From contig JBHGNT010000001.1 of assembly GCA_043228905.1 (NCBI GenBank), forward strand, positions 10,106,001-10,170,000: a stretch of DNA of 64,000 nucleotides, in the 5' to 3' direction. The notes under the pieces are model-generated. The model made no database searches. It saw only the letters and a program-made list of their open reading frames with translations, and had not been told where the DNA came from. The position numbers and the translations under genes are program-made. This document shows positions 1 to 13,996 of the stretch, piece by piece; within the stretch, counting starts at the first letter, position 1; each line of letters starts with the position of its first letter. Origin of the DNA: Azolla caroliniana (lineage: Eukaryota; Plantae; Polypodiophyta).

Positions 1-1480
1 CACAAGAAGGGCGGATACCAGTTGGGCACGGAGATCGAAAGGACCACGGACCTACGAAAGGTCCTGGAAGAACGAATCCTCGACAACAAGGTGGAACTGT
101 CGTTGCGGGAGGTGCTCGGAATCGCCAAGAAGGAGTTCCACGACTCCATCGTAGACTTGGTGAAGAGGAAGAGGCTGTTGACGGAGATAGAACCGGAAAG
201 GCCGGTGGAGGTGTGGACGACGCACATAGAGGACATGGCGCTGGAAGACGAGTGGGCGGAGAGCCACTATTCGAGGCCACACTAGGCCCGAGCGACCACG
301 GAAACCCCAGTGAAGATCGGAGATGTTCAGGAACCGGTGGTGGCGCTGGTGGACCACGGTTCGTAAATAAACCAGATGTCCATGGACTTCTACAGAAAGG
401 GGAAATGGCCGATCAACACCAAGCACGGGTGGAAGATACGGGCGGCGACGCGCGCCACCGAGGAACTACACGGGGCCTGCCCAAACGTGCGAGTCAAGAT
501 CGGTGACGTCAAGATAGACCAACACTTCTTTGTGCAGGAGACGTCCTCGCACCCGGTCATACTGGGAGAACCGTACATTACGGCATCACGGATGGAGACC
601 AAGGTGCTGGACAACGGGTCGGCTTACGCGAGGGTCAAGAGTCAGGACGAGCGTCATTCGGTCCAGTTCCTGACGGTGCGACCGAACCACGAGCGAAACC
701 GCGAGTCCCTTGGTGGCGAGAACCGAGAGGATTTTTAGAGAGGGCTGTCAAGACGTGGGGCCGCGATAGTCCGGACACTCCGGGAAAACCCCACAAATGT
801 ACGATAGAGGCGAAACCGAAGAAACCTTGTACCATAAGTAGGAAGTTTTGTTTCTCCGACAACGGAGGGTGTACGATAGTTGGCGTCGTTGGCCGAGAAA
901 AGACGAGGGCGGAAGAGCGACTTCGGGCGTGCGGAGTTCTCGGGCCCAGCGAGGAAATCAACGGAGCCGTGGAGGCGGTCTCCTTCGACGATACCTTGGG
1001 AATACTGCGAGAGGTGGTCGGAGAGGGCCTTAAAGAGGACCGGACGATACCGGTTTGTTCAGAAGAGATGTACGAAGTCATCGCGGACTTCAGTCGAGGG
1101 CTCGAGTCGGATCGGACGGCCCGGGTTAACACGAAGTACAAGACTGTGGACCGGAAGGTAAGGCCAGTCGTGGCACCCTTAACGGAGGGCAGCGAGTTGC
1201 GAATCAAGGGGGTCGCGTCGGACCCCAGTTTACGAGATCCGGCCTGCATAGGATACACCTTCACCGACAGAACGCTACGGGAGCTCAAAATCGGTGGGGG
1301 CGGGTTCCTACTGCCGGCGGAAGAAGACCGGTTTCGGAGAATGCTCGGAAGGCACGGGAAATCCTTCGTATTCTCACCGGAAGAGATCGGGTGCGTAGAC
1401 CCGAAAGTCGTGAAGCCGATGGTGATATTCACGGTACCGCATGTGCCGTGGAATCTCAAACCAATTCTAGTACCGAGAGC
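1..1480 (+). mobile_element. Ty3/gypsy retrotransposon fragment (gag C-terminus, protease, 5' part of pol), same family as 29782-36757
   Basis: The translations GTEIERTTDLRKVLEERILD..., ALVDHGS (protease) and KYKTVDRKVRPV...PWNLKPI closely match 31860-33290. Homology stops at ~1480. Confidence 0.9.
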
Positions 1481-2478
1481 GGCCAAGGACGAGGCTGAGA
1501 TACAGATCGCGGAACCGGAACATTGGGACTAGCGGTTTCGGGCGTGTCAGCCCGAGATCCCGGTCATTGGAGAAGCAAGCCCAGATGGGGCTTGCGCGAT
1601 CGGTAAGAAGACGACCGCCGACCACGAAGAGTCAGTGGCTACGGACGGGCGATTCTTTGTGTCTTCCCACACTTGCTCCCGAGACGATGGCAGTCGGGCC
1701 CAAATGCCCACGTGAGTCCCAAGCGGAGGAAGGCGGCGGAGAAAGGCCAAGAATCACCGACAAGACGATACGGGGAAGGAGCGGACGAAAGCCCACGGAC
1801 TCGATTCCAGAGAACTCGGCATTCGGGCCCGTATGGCCATGTAAGACCGAGGAGATGGATGGCAGTACCGAGGAGTCCTGGCACGAAGCCAACGAAGTCG
1901 GATGGGAAACGGCCTGCGAGGAGGCCGAGGACGGAAGCGGCACGAGGAGATCGGCATTCCGATACGGGTGGAGCATGATCCGGTCGTGTATTGTTCGATC
2001 GGGGCCGGCTTTGGCATGAAAGTACCGAAACGGAAGAGGGTGCGGGACGAGCCGCCCTCTTTTACATGGGGAGAAAGACCGACCGGGCGAAGGTCGAGAT
2101 TTGGAAGGAGAATGAAAGCCGGTCCTATGGGATTCCTTACACCAATCCGGCTGCAGGCCCGAGTGCCGGCGTGAGTCCGACAAGAGAGATCGGTGGCGAT
2201 AGGAGAATGGGACTCGGCAATCCGGAGAAAGACGAATGAACCCGAGCGAGAACAGGGTGGAGCGGACTCCCGGATGACCATTCCGGGAGGGAGGAAGAGA
2301 GTAGGCCTACGAAGAGGCCGAGGACACGATACGTCGGTACCACGGGAGAGGGTGCGGAGTAAACCGCCCTCTTGGCATGCGGAAAGGGACGACTCGGGAC
2401 AAGGTCAGGAAGACAAATCGGAGGCCTACGGAGGATCCTTCACACCGGTTCTAGAGACTTTGGCAGTCAGCAACGCGG
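1481..2478 (+). mobile_element. Degenerate GC-rich internal region of a non-autonomous gypsy-related element
   Basis: No recognisable domain. It shares the motif CACACCGGTTCTAGAGACTT (~2441) with ~45203 in the degenerate gypsy derivative at 44280-46580. Confidence 0.4.
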
Positions 2479-3123
2479 TGTCGAGGTATTCCTCGCGGAT
2501 GCGTGGAATGAGGCGGGGCCTCGGGGGTCTTGTACCGAAGAGCAAGAGACAAAGGAGAAGGGAAGGGACCCACTACGTGCGAGCGTAGATCCACAGGGAC
2601 ACGGCCCTTCGACACAAAGACGCGAGCGGGAAACCGACACAGAGAGACACGAAGGTATGTATGTATATATTAACAGAGACGAACAACAAGAAGCATGAAG
2701 TCGGTTACAACCGAACAGGACGACGAACAGATGCCGATGCCTGTTCGTAAACGCTCAAAAAGAAAGGAGTAGGTTGGAGGTGCTGCCGGAAGCACTCAGG
2801 CATTCCTCAGAGCAGCGCGAGCCTCCCCGAAACCCTGCACAGAAAGAAGCTACGGAGTATGGAAGAGAGAGAAGCCTTCGGTCCACAACCCGACAGCACT
2901 TCGTCCTCTCTCCGCGCGATCCGCCACTCCTCCTCGTCTCCCTCCTTTTATAGGCAAGAAAGGAGCTGTTTCCCATTAACTTCCTACCTACCGAATCTAC
3001 CTACCTAGGATCTTCTATGTACCTAATTCTCTCTTATGTACTACATAAGACGCACGTGCATGAAGAGCCGGTTCCTACGCTCCGGTGCACCGATTCCGCT
3101 TGTGGACGGTTTTCTTCACGACA
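2479..3123 (-). repeat. 3' LTR (TGTCG...CGACA) of the minus-strand gypsy copy
   Basis: Reverse-complement homologue of the LTRs at 29782-30406 and 36116-36757. On its own strand it is preceded by the PPT GGTTAGGTGGGGGTGGA. Confidence 0.9.
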
Positions 3124-6100
3124 TCCACCCCCACCTAACCGCGCATCCACCGGCATGCGCCAAATTGAGTTGGGACGGAGAAAACCGGTCCAGCCTTCAT
3201 TCCCCGCCTGTCGGTTCTTCCTCGGTTTCGGATCGTTCGTCGTCGTGGTCCAGGTTATCCGGATCCGGCTTGTCGTCGTGACGCTTCTTGAACGCTTTGA
3301 TCCACTTCCCTGCTACCGGTATCGCCATTCTCGTGCCGTCGAGCTCCGCCAGATGGTACATCCCGTTGTCGTTGGCGCTTTGTACCACGTAAGGCTCGAA
3401 CCACCTTCTTGCGAACTTCCGTGTCGTTCGGTGTTGGTTGTCGAGGCTGTTGTCGTAGACTAGCACCCAGTCACCTTCCTCAATCTTCTTTGGTCGGAGC
3501 CGGTGCGTTCGGTCGAACCGGGCTTTGTTCCTCGTCCTTGCCACCCGAAGCTTTTCCACAACCTGCACCACGTCCTCCGGTCTTCGCTCGAGCTGTCGTA
3601 TGCACGCCGCCAACAGTTCCTCCCGGCTCATCTCGTCTTTCCAGTCCACGGTTGCCCATGAGGAGATCGCACATTCCATCGGCATGATCGGCTTCTGCCC
3701 AAATATGAGCTCTGCCGGCATGAATCCGGTTACCGAACTGTGCGTAGTTCGGTCCGCCCACAACGCGTAAGGCAACAGCCGCGGCCAGTTCCCGACTTGA
3801 CCTCTGCATGCCCGTACTAACGCCTTGACGATCGGTCCGTGTTCGCGCTCCACCTTCCCATTCGCCTCCGGATTGTACGCATGGTAAGCAAGAGCTTGAC
3901 TCCTAGCCGGTCGAACAGCTCCTCGGCCTCTTCGGCGTACAAGTCCCCGTGATCAACCACGATCTTCCTGACGCACCCGTACCGGCATATCATGTCCTCC
4001 ATCAGGAACTGACATACGGCCGCGGTCGTTTTGTTTTGAAGGGCTCGGCCTTCCACCTGGTTCGTCAGATCTTTCCGAGCCAGGACCAGATACCGCATTT
4101 GTCCTACTCCTATCGGCATCGTCACCAGATCTACCATCCATTTGAAGTGGATGGTCGGAGGGTACGTAGGGTGAAGCTCATCCCGATGTCGGACTATGGA
4201 GTGCATCTGACAGCTCTCGCAAGTTGTCACGAACCGATGCACGTCCCGGTACAGTCCCGGCCACCAGTACTTCCCCTTTATCTTCTCGAACGTGGCCCAC
4301 GTTCCACGGTGTCCAGCCCAAGGGCTATCGTGGTAGGCCGTCAGCAGCTCCTCCTGTTCTTCCTTCATCGCCACCACCCGGAGCGGGACGCCGTTCCTCT
4401 TCTTTGGGTGCTTCCATAAGTATCCGTCCTGGAGAAAGAATCCGGTTGGCCTCGTCCCTCGTCCACGACGCATCCGGCGTCATTGTCCTCAAGAAACCCC
4501 CGATCTGGAGCCACTCGCCGTCGTACTTGCTCTCGTCGAAGCCGTTAAGCGCCGGAGTGCTCGTCCCATCGGTCGTCACGTACGCTGCCTCGAAGAAGTC
4601 CACGCCGACTCCTTCGTCCTCCGAAACCATGCCGCCCTCGTCATCAAACCTCGCCCTCGAAAGCATGTCGGCCATGGCGTTGTCCTTTCCGGAGTTGTGT
4701 CGTATTTCCGGGTCCAGGGACTTGATGTATGTTATCCACCTGAGCATCGCCAGGTCCGGTGTCGCGCATCCGGAAACCATGCCGAGAATTGGGAGGCAAT
4801 CCATCTCGATAATCACTTCTGTTCCGATCAGGTAGTCTTTGTCGGCCTTTACTGCCGAAACGATACCCCAGAGTTCGCGTTTAACCTGGGCGTACCCTCG
4901 TTGTCGCTCACTGAGGACCTTCGCGCCGAATCAGATCGGGAACCGAATGCCGTCCTCGTCTTCTTGGTTGACGACCCATCCGATCCCGTCGGACTCGTAT
5001 CCACCGTTATGTATACCGGGGCACCCTTCTCGTAGACAGCCTTCCGGAGCGCCGATGTTGCCGCAAGAGCTTCCTTCAGCTTCCGGACCGACTCCGTGTG
5101 CTCATCTCGCCACTCGAATTTCCGCCCTTTCTTCAGCAACCCGTATAGCGGCTCCACAACGTGGGCGTAATGCGGGATCCATATGTGGTAGAATGTGCAC
5201 GCCCCCAGGAACCTCCGAACTTCCGTAACCAAGCTACAGTCGGTCTTCATCGCGGAGATGGCTTCTACTTTTGCCGGAGACGGCTTCCGGCCATATGGTC
5301 CGCATAGGTGTCTGACCACCAGGATTTCTGATTGCCCGAAGGCCGACTTCTCCCCGGAGAAGGTGAGCCTCGCAACCTCTAGCCTTTGTAGCACCTTCTC
5401 GCAGTCGTCGATGTGTGTTGCCACGAATCGCCGGCATCCGTCTGCCCCAAGTGTCTCGTCCTTCTCTTCCACCGGGCACCCCTTGATCGGGATGTCGTCT
5501 AGAAATGGCATGGTGATGTCCGGGATGCAATCCCTCAGTACCTTGTTCATTGCATTCACCATGTGGGCCACCGAGTTGGTCCCTCCTTGTGGCAGGGTAC
5601 ACATTCGTACTAGGCCGAGGGGAGTTCGCATCGTCGTAATGTCTCTGCTCTCCACGGCTAGCTAGAACTGGTCGTACCCCGAGTACAGATCACTGACCGA
5701 GTAAATCGACCTTCCGGCGAAGGCCTCCGCGAACTCGTCTATGGTCGGTCTGATTCCTGCGTTCCGAATGGTCACTCTGTTGACCGGCTGCAGGTCTTGA
5801 ATGAAGCGCAATATTCCATTTTTCTTTGGTACGGTAAACCATCGGTTCGAGTATGAGGCACTCGACGGTTCGAGAATGCCCATATCGACTTTCTGCCTCA
5901 ATAGGTCCATCAACTTCGGGATGTGAGCTCTCAGTACTGGAATCAGCTTGAGATTCCACGACACATGCGGTACCGTGAATATCACCATCGGCTCCACGAT
6001 TGTCGGGTCTACGCACCCGATCTCTTCCGGTGAGAATGCAAAGGCTTTCCCGTGCCTTCCGAGCATTCTCCGAAACCGGTCTTCCTCCGGCGGCAGTAGG

Positions 6101-6300
6101 AACCCGCCCCCACCGATTTTGAGCTCCCGAAGCGTCCCGTCGGTGAAGGTGTGTCCTATGCATACCGGATCTCGTAAACTGGGGTCCGACGCAACCCCTC
6201 TGATTCGGGACTCGCTGCCCTCCGGTAAGGGTGCCGCGACTGGCCTTACCTTCCGGTCCACCGTCTTGTACTTCGTGCTAACCCGGGCCGTCCGATCCGA
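2479..6300 (-). mobile_element. 5'-truncated Ty3/gypsy retrotransposon (RT-RNaseH-integrase plus 3' LTR), decayed
   Basis: Minus-strand ORFs give RT (DLYSGYDQF, TMPFLDDIPIKG), RNaseH (YITVDTS, GKDNAMADMLSR) and integrase (H..PWAGH..C..C, WMVDLV), with frameshifts and stops. A PPT lies next to the LTR at 2479-3123. Homology ends at ~6300. Confidence 0.92.
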
Positions 6301-6606
6301 GTGTCTCTTCCTCCGGTTCTCACCGGTTCTGCACCATCCGGCTCTCCGTAGCCGGGTACTCCTCATCCGGTTCACACCGGGCCTGCACCATCCGGCTCTC
6401 CGTAGCGGGGTACTCCTCATCCGGTTCATACCGGGCCTGCACCATCCGGCTCTCCATAGCCGGGTACTCCTCATCCGGTCTTCACCGGGTCTGTATCATC
6501 CGGCTCTCCGTAGCCGGGTACTCCTCATCCGGTCTCGGCCTCGGCCGAGTTTGTTTATCGGCACTGTTCTTCTCGCTTCCCATCCGGAGGGACCTGTCTC
6601 CCAACA
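6301..6606 (-). repeat. Partial LTR with four 54-bp tandem repeats (same LTR family as 38082-39283)
   Basis: The unit CCGGTTCACACCGGGTCTGCACCATCCGGCTCTCCGTAGCCGGGTACTCCTCAT and the terminal GGAGGGACCTGTCTCCCAACA match 38540-39283. Confidence 0.85.
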
Positions 6607-9600
6607 TGCATTAGTAGTATGGGCTCCAGGTCTACCATCTTTCATGTGGACGCAATTAGAGAGACCTTTGATGATGATGGTATCACGTCAATCCGAAGCA
6701 AATCGACAGTACCACATGACATTATTAGAGCAGAGTTCAGTCTACCCCCGATGTTAGTAGAAGCACTCTTTCAAGTGGTAGTTTTTATTCATCGGATACA
6801 TAGTCAACCACAAGATAGGATATCTCGTCGAGCGTTTGAGGCATCCCAATCCCTACATGCGTCTGGAGACACTAGCTCTTGGTATAGCATTGTGGTGAGT
6901 TGGTTACTTGCAAACAACATAGACATTAATAACCTACCTCCTCTTAAGTACAACCATGGGACTGATCAAACTCTAATCTCTCATGAAGACCGTAATAAAG
7001 TGATACGCCAAGAAATATGGCAAATTTACACTAGATATAAATGGATCACCCCACGAGAGCCACTCCCATCGAAAATGTTGTACTATAAGGAACATTTCTT
7101 GTACTTCTCTAAGTTAGGTTTTATTACACAACCAAGATATCTAGATACATTCTTATCAAATGCACTAAGGGTGGCCATTAGACAACTTAGGATATGTTGA
7201 GCGGAAAGCTCAACTGGAGCCGGATCGGCTGAATAAGCCTGAGTTGGTGAGCGAGACTGATCGGTGAGCCAGTGAGCACCCGGTGAGCAAAAGAGTCGGT
7301 GAGCTGGGGAGTTGGTTAGCCGGATCCAGCAGTAACCGAAAGCCGAGTAATAGCTTAGATTACTAGGTAGTTATTGTCTCGTATTTAGTGTTAGACTCTC
7401 GTGTGAGCATTGAAATACATTGTACTTCTATCAGTCCCATGAGGACTTGTATAAATAGTGTTGTTGAGCACGTTGTATGTACAGAGTGTTGATATAATTT
7501 TTGAATTTAGATTCTTGTTCTGCTCTCTCTGTCTCTCCCAAGTACTCTCTGTATTCTGTGTATTATTCTCTCTCTCTCTCTCTTTGTTGTTATGTAGCCA
7601 AGTTGTTTTCTTATGCTTCTGCACATACGTTTCAACATGGTATAAGAGCGCGAGGGTTGAAGACCTCTACAGCCGACATTTGCTTTCGCAAGACGAACCC
7701 TACAGGTTGTGAGAACAGTAGACAGAAAAAATATGGACAGAGGTATGGCGAGTTCACTTCCTAGAGAGAAGCTCGACCGGAGCAACTACACGTTCTAGTC
7801 ATACAAAATGCACCAGTACCTATTGGGGCATGGGTATTGGAGTTTTGTGGAAGGAACGAATGAGGTAGCACCAGAGCCTAGACACAAGGACCTCCCGATA
7901 TGGGAGCAAGGAGCGAGCCGAGTATTATATTGCCTCGTGTCCTGTGTGCACGACCAGATGCTCGGCTACATCAAGGATGCAAAGACGCCGAAGGAGGCCT
8001 GGGAAAATCTGCGTAAGATTTTCACCGCAAGTACCACAGCCCGTAAGTTGGAGCTCCGGCAAGAGCTGAACAACATCCGACAAAGAGACATGTCGGTTAC
8101 GGACTACACCACCAAAATAAAGGAGATTTGCGATGCGCTCGGGTCCATCAACGTGATGGTGGACGAAGACGAAATGGTACAAATCTGTGTTGGTGGTCTA
8201 GCGCAAAGGTACGGGTCAATCCGAACAACGATCTGCACCCGGGAGAAACCACCGACCTTCTTCGACTTGCAATCGATGCTGATGGTCAAAGAAAACCACG
8301 GGAGTGGGTCCAGGACCACTCAATCGAACAGCCGGATGTTGTACACGGAGGTGGATAGGCCCCATGGGCGTAGGGGACGAGGTGGGTCGGCACGCACTAG
8401 AGGCGGCCGGCAAGAGCAGGAAAGAAGGCATAGAGAACGTGCTGATAGCAGTTTCGGGACTTCCACAAGCAGGGGGAGTCAAGGTAGCGCCGGAGGCCAA
8501 CAAGACAAATCCGCCACAGAATGCTGGTACTATGGCAAAAAGGGCCACAGAGAAAGTGAGTGTTGGAAGAAGCGCGCCGATTCGGACAGATCTAGATCCA
8601 GCAAAACCGGTCGAGAGAACTAGCAAAGCTCACACGAGGCAAATTCGATGAAGAAGACCACTTCCAAATCGGAGGAAGTATGGTATGTTGATTCCGGTGC
8701 ATCGAACCACATGACGAGCCATGAAGAGTGGTTCTCTTATATGGAGAAACTGGATCAACCGGGAGTTGTCGAAACTGAAGACGACACTCCTCACCCAATC
8801 GTGCATATCAGAAAAGTCCCTTTGAGCCACGTCGAACAAAGGGGGAAGCTGATGAACGTATTACACATTCCGACCATCACGAAGAACCTGGTGTCGGTTG
8901 GATAGATTGTCGACTAGGGGATGCAAGTGCGGTTTACGCACCTCGGGTGCTTCATTGAGGAAGAGGGCCAAATCATTGCGCAAGGGCGCAAAGATGGGAG
9001 GATGTTTATCCTCAACACCAATGACGTCGGCACCGCGTTGTTCGCCAAAGGATAGAAGATTGAATCAGATATTGATCTTTGGCACAAGCGGATCAACCAC
9101 GTCAATTACCGGCGGTTTCAAGACTTGCAAACGAACCAAGTTGTTTTCGGTTTGCCGAAGTTTAGTGGCCGAAAGACCCATGTATGTGAAGCCTGCCAAC
9201 TTGGGAAGCAACACCGGCTTCCATTACACACCGAACAAAATCGTAGTCGTAACAAGCTCGACCTTATTCATTCGGATGTATGGAGACCGACACAGAACGT
9301 GAGTTTTGGCGGGAGTTGATATTTTGTCTCCTTCATCGACGACTACAGCCGGCACACATGGATCTACCTCATTGAGTGGAAGCTCCAAAGCATGGTGGAG
9401 TGGGAATCGGAGAGAAAGATCAAGTGTCTGCGGTCGGATGGCAGAAAAGAGTACTTTTCCAGTCAATTCAACGGGTATCTGCAACAGATGGGAATTCGGC
9501 GTGAATTCAATTGCAGATATACGTCGGAGCAAAACGGACCTAGAGCCGATGAAATCAGCCAAGTCAAGTCCCAGCTGTCAGACGCATTTGAGATGAAGGA

Positions 9601-11463
9601 CCTGGGGGACCTTCATTATTTCCTCGGGATCGAGGTGATCCGAACCCCCGACGGCATATTGCTCTCACAAAGACACTATGTGTTGAATATGTTGTACAAG
9701 TTCGGCATGACGGAATGCCGACCAATCTCCACACCCCTGGACCGGAACCAAAAGCATTGTCCCGACTCCGGACCGGCCTGCGATGAGAAGCGGTTCCTAC
9801 AAATCGTCGGAAGCCTCATATATTTGACAATCACCCGACCCGACATCAGTTATCCGGTCGGCGTGATCAGCCAATATATGCAAAAGCCGACCATGGAGCA
9901 CCTTCTGTGTGCGCATCAAATTTTGCGATATGTGAGCGGCACAAAGGACTGGGGACTGTTATACCGGCATGGTATAACCGAAGAGCTAGTCGGCTACACC
10001 GATGCCAACTGGGCCGGCGATGCATCGGATCGCCGATCCACCTGCGGCTATATGTTTTCCCTTTGTAGCGCGGTTGTTGTGTGGAGCAGCAAAAAGCAGC
10101 CAAGAGTGGCCCTCTCGAGCACTGAGGCTGAATACCGGGGCACTACCATTGCCACCTGTGAAGCCATTTGGCTTCGGCGATTGTTGCAAGACCTGCATAT
10201 TGAGGTCGGCCCGATCCTGATCTAATGTGACAACATAAGCAGCATGCAGCTCGCCAAAAACCCCATATTCCATGCTCGCACAAAGCACATAGAAGTGCAC
10301 TACCACTTCGTGGGTGAGCGTGTCTTGAGCAGTGAAGTCGAACTTCGGTATGTTCATACGGATCGGCAAGTTGCCAACATCTTCACCAAACCGCTCAGAT
10401 CGGACAAGTTGCAACACTTCACCAAAACGCTTGGTGTTCAGCATCTCGACGTGCCACACTTGAGGGGGAGAACGGGCAAAGACACCGGAACGGGCAAAGG
10501 CAAAGAAATTGCCGATTGCGTCGGTGAGGGAAGAACCGACAAAGGGGGAGAGAAGAGGAAGAAAGGAGTTGAGTCGACAAAGGAAGTTGACACATCCGAA
10601 CAAGTCGGAACAAGCGGCAGCGGCGGCAGAGTCAAGAAGGATAGAGCCGACCAGAAGAAGAAGGCCAAGACCCGGACATGGTCCAATCTGGTGAAGGGCC
10701 TGGAACAGGAAGACGAATCGGGAGCAACCAATTTGGACAAGAGCTGGAACGAATCGGAGACAACCGATTCGGTTCAATAGACGGATTTGGAAGAACCGGA
10801 TAGATTCAAGGCCAAGAGGACGAGATGGCAGCAAAAGTCGATGCCAACACGAAGGAATCGGCGGGTCGACAAGCGTCGAAGTCACAGTAGCGAGGGAGCT
10901 GATTTGGGCCTGTTGAGCAGACAGGACAACCGAGGAGGTCGAGATGTGCATAATTAGAAGGGTCGCGGCAAACGGGACTGGACCAGACGAGGAGCGCGAG
11001 CAAGGCGGACTGACACCAGAAGGAGCCAGGTGGAAGGACCGACTGCCATGGAGACTGACACTACGACCGGACCTCAAGTTGAGCTTGAGGGGGAGTGTTG
11101 AGCGGCAAGCTCAACTAGAGCCGGATCGGCTGTATAAGCCTGAACCGGTGAGCGAGAGTGATCGTGAACCGGTGAGCACCCGGTGAGCAAAAGAGTCGGT
11201 GATCTGGGGAGCCGGTTAGCTGGATCTAGCAGTAATCGGAAGGCGAGTAATAGCTTAGATTACTAGGTAGTTATTGTCTCGTAGTTTGTGTCAGACACTC
11301 GTATGAGCATTGAAGTACGTTGTACTTCTGTCAGTCCCATGAGGACTTTTATAAATAGTGTTGTTGAGCACGTTGTATGTACAGAGTGTTGATATAATTT
11401 TTGAATTTAGATTCTTGTTCTGCTCTCTCTATCTCTCCCGAGTACTCTTTGTATTCTTTGTAT

Positions 11464-11517
<54 letters not shown>

Positions 11518-12154
11518 GTAGCCAAGCTATTGTCTTATGCTTCCGCACATACGTTTCAACAGGATATCATCTCACCAACTTGAGATTGAGAATGGTCGGG
11601 CTAATAGAGTCCCTAGAGAGGAAAGGCTATGTAGGTTATGCCACATAGAGATAGAGGATGAGTATCACTTCACATGCAAGTGCCCAACTTATGCCGAGAT
11701 ACAGGTGGAATACCAAGACATATTAGGACCCTCTCCCACCCTCTCCAAACTATTAGATACCCTGAGTGTAAAGAGACTAGGTAGGTATATCTTAGAACTA
11801 AAACAATATAGGGAGAATAAATTACAAAGTGTTAACCATAACCCTTTTACTATTCATCAACATGTAACTAGTGTAATTTTTCAGGAACAAGGGGAGACGA
11901 TGAATGTGGATACACTTACGCCGCTTGGCCTCTCCCTTGAGGAAGCAGAAATGCAAAGAACAACCAAACGCCCTCGGATGCTGGGCTTCAAAACAAGTCG
12001 ACGTGGAGCAGAAAAGATTAAGAAGATAAGGGAACGTGAGCTACGTCGACTAGAAGCTATGGTTGGGGTATCTTTTACATTGGGACCACGGGCCACATCC
12101 ACATCACAACCCTTTGACCTCCCGCTTCTCTTCCAGAGACTTGGATGGAAATGA
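6607..12154 (+). mobile_element. 3' part of a non-LTR retrotransposon ORF (RTE-X/L2-like C-terminus), split by the copia insertion
   Basis: Removing the copia and one GGATA copy rejoins LRVAIRQLRI|SSHQLEIENGRANRVPREERLCRLCHIEIEDEYHFTCKCPTY. This is the C-terminal CCHC region typical of RTE-X/L2-type LINEs. The clade assignment is inference. Confidence 0.7.
7195..11561 (+). mobile_element. Ty1/copia LTR retrotransposon, internally deleted and decayed
   Basis: LTRs at 7195-7637 and 11096-11561 (TGTTG...CAACA), TSD GGATA (7190-7194 and 11562-11566), PBS TGGTATAAGAGC (iMet-like) and PPT GAGGGGGAG. Coding remnants include gag (UBN2-like), protease WYVDSGASNHM, GAG-pre-integrase/integrase, RT C-terminus and RNaseH (YTDANWAG, SSTEAEY). 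Integrase is fused directly to the RT C-terminus at ~9538. Confidence 0.95.
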
Positions 12155-12356
12155 AATTAGGCCTAGTTTAACATCATTTTCATTGTAGAACATGTTTTTT
12201 ATATAGAACAGTCTTGTTATTTTCTTAGAACTATTTAGCTTAAACTCTATTTTTAACTTATTTTTATTTTTACTTTCGACGAATGGGTAAATATCCCATT
12301 TTTTTGTAAACCATTTATCTCATGGGCCAATTTTGGCCTTAGCAGACGTTAATATA

Positions 12357-12396
<40 letters not shown>

Positions 12397-12519
12397 AGTT
12401 TCTTCTTTTTCCCCCACTTTCTTTTTGCTAAAACGCAATACATATGTAATATCCCCCCCCTTTCTTCCCTCATTTTTTGAAACAATTAGGATTTTGAAAA
12501 GAGCATTATAGCTTGTGTA

Positions 12520-13905
12520 TGTTCTATACATGTGTGTGTATATGCCCTATACAATTGCATATGTATGTATGGCATGTGTGTATGTTGTATATATGTTCAT
12601 GTGTATATATGTACATATTGTATTGTATATATTGTATGTATGGCATGTGTGTATGTATGTACATATTGTATGGCATGTGAGTATGTAGGTTATGTGTTAT
12701 GTGCTTGTGTGTTTGTCCTATTATGTGCATATGTATGTTTTGTATTGCATGGTTGTATGTATGGCATGTGTATATGTATGTATGTATGTGTTATATGGGT
12801 GGGTGGGTGTGTGTGTATAGCACGTGTGTATGTGTTCTATATATATGCATATGTATTGTATTGCATGCATATATATATGTATGTGTTGTGTGTACATATG
12901 GATGTGTGTATGCATCTATGTACATATTGTATTGCATTGTACCATATTGTATTAAATGCATTATTGTATATATTCATTGTATGTATGGCATATGTATATG
13001 TATGTATGTATGTATTGAATTGCATGTGTTGTATATATTGTATGTATGGCATGTGAGTATCTATAATGTGTCTATGTGTTATGTGTGTGTATGTTCTATA
13101 TATGTGCACATGTATGTATTGTATGTATGGCATGTATGTATGTGTGTATGTATTATATGTGCATATGTATGTATGTATGTATGTATGTACATGCTATTTG
13201 TGTGTGTATGTTCTATACATGTGCATATGTATAGGAATATTACATTCGATCATCCACATGTAGATATATACAACACAATACGTACACGTGTATAGCCAAG
13301 GACAATTGTAAAGATACATCTCCAATTGAAACAATCAAGGATAAGATTCTTGGAGATGTTTTAGGTAAATGGATGATAGAATGTAATAGGATGTTTTAGG
13401 TATATTTATGCATGTGCACATGTGAATGAATTTATGTATGTATGTAATATGTAATGTACGTATGTTTGTATGTGTATGCATATATGCATACATGTGTGTG
13501 TGGATGTTTGTTTGTAATATGTATGCATGCATGCATGCATCTATATATGTATTTGTATGTATATCTAATGTATGTATGTTTATGTACATGTAGCAATGTA
13601 TAAATGAATATATGTATATCCATGTACGAATGTACATATGTATATGCATATGTTATGTATGTATGTATGTCTATGTAAATATGCACATTTAAATGTACAT
13701 GATTCAATGTGTATAAATGTGTGATTGCAATATGTGCATAATATCTCTACATATAATGTATGTATGTGTATGTATATGTAGCAATGTATAAATGAACACA
13801 TGTATGTCCATGTACAAATGTACATATGTGTATGCATATATGCATATGTAATGTATGCATGTATGCATATGTCAATGTACATGATTCAATGTATATGTGA
13901 TGTAA
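12520..13905. repeat. Degenerate (TA)/(TG)/(TATG) low-complexity tract
   Basis: About 1.4 kb of TATG/TGTA/ATAT-type sequence. It continues at 20973-21057 and 37135-37560. Confidence 0.9.
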
Positions 13906-13996
13906 GAACCCAAAAAGAAAACAACAAGGGAACGAGTGAAGAACACTACATAGAACGAAAGCGTTACAGAGAACGTTGTAGAAGAAGAGGAAGAAG

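Noticed and set aside
12524-13882. Many Cys/Met/Tyr/His-rich ORFs
   Set aside because: They are artefacts of translating (TA)/(TG)/(TATG) low-complexity DNA.
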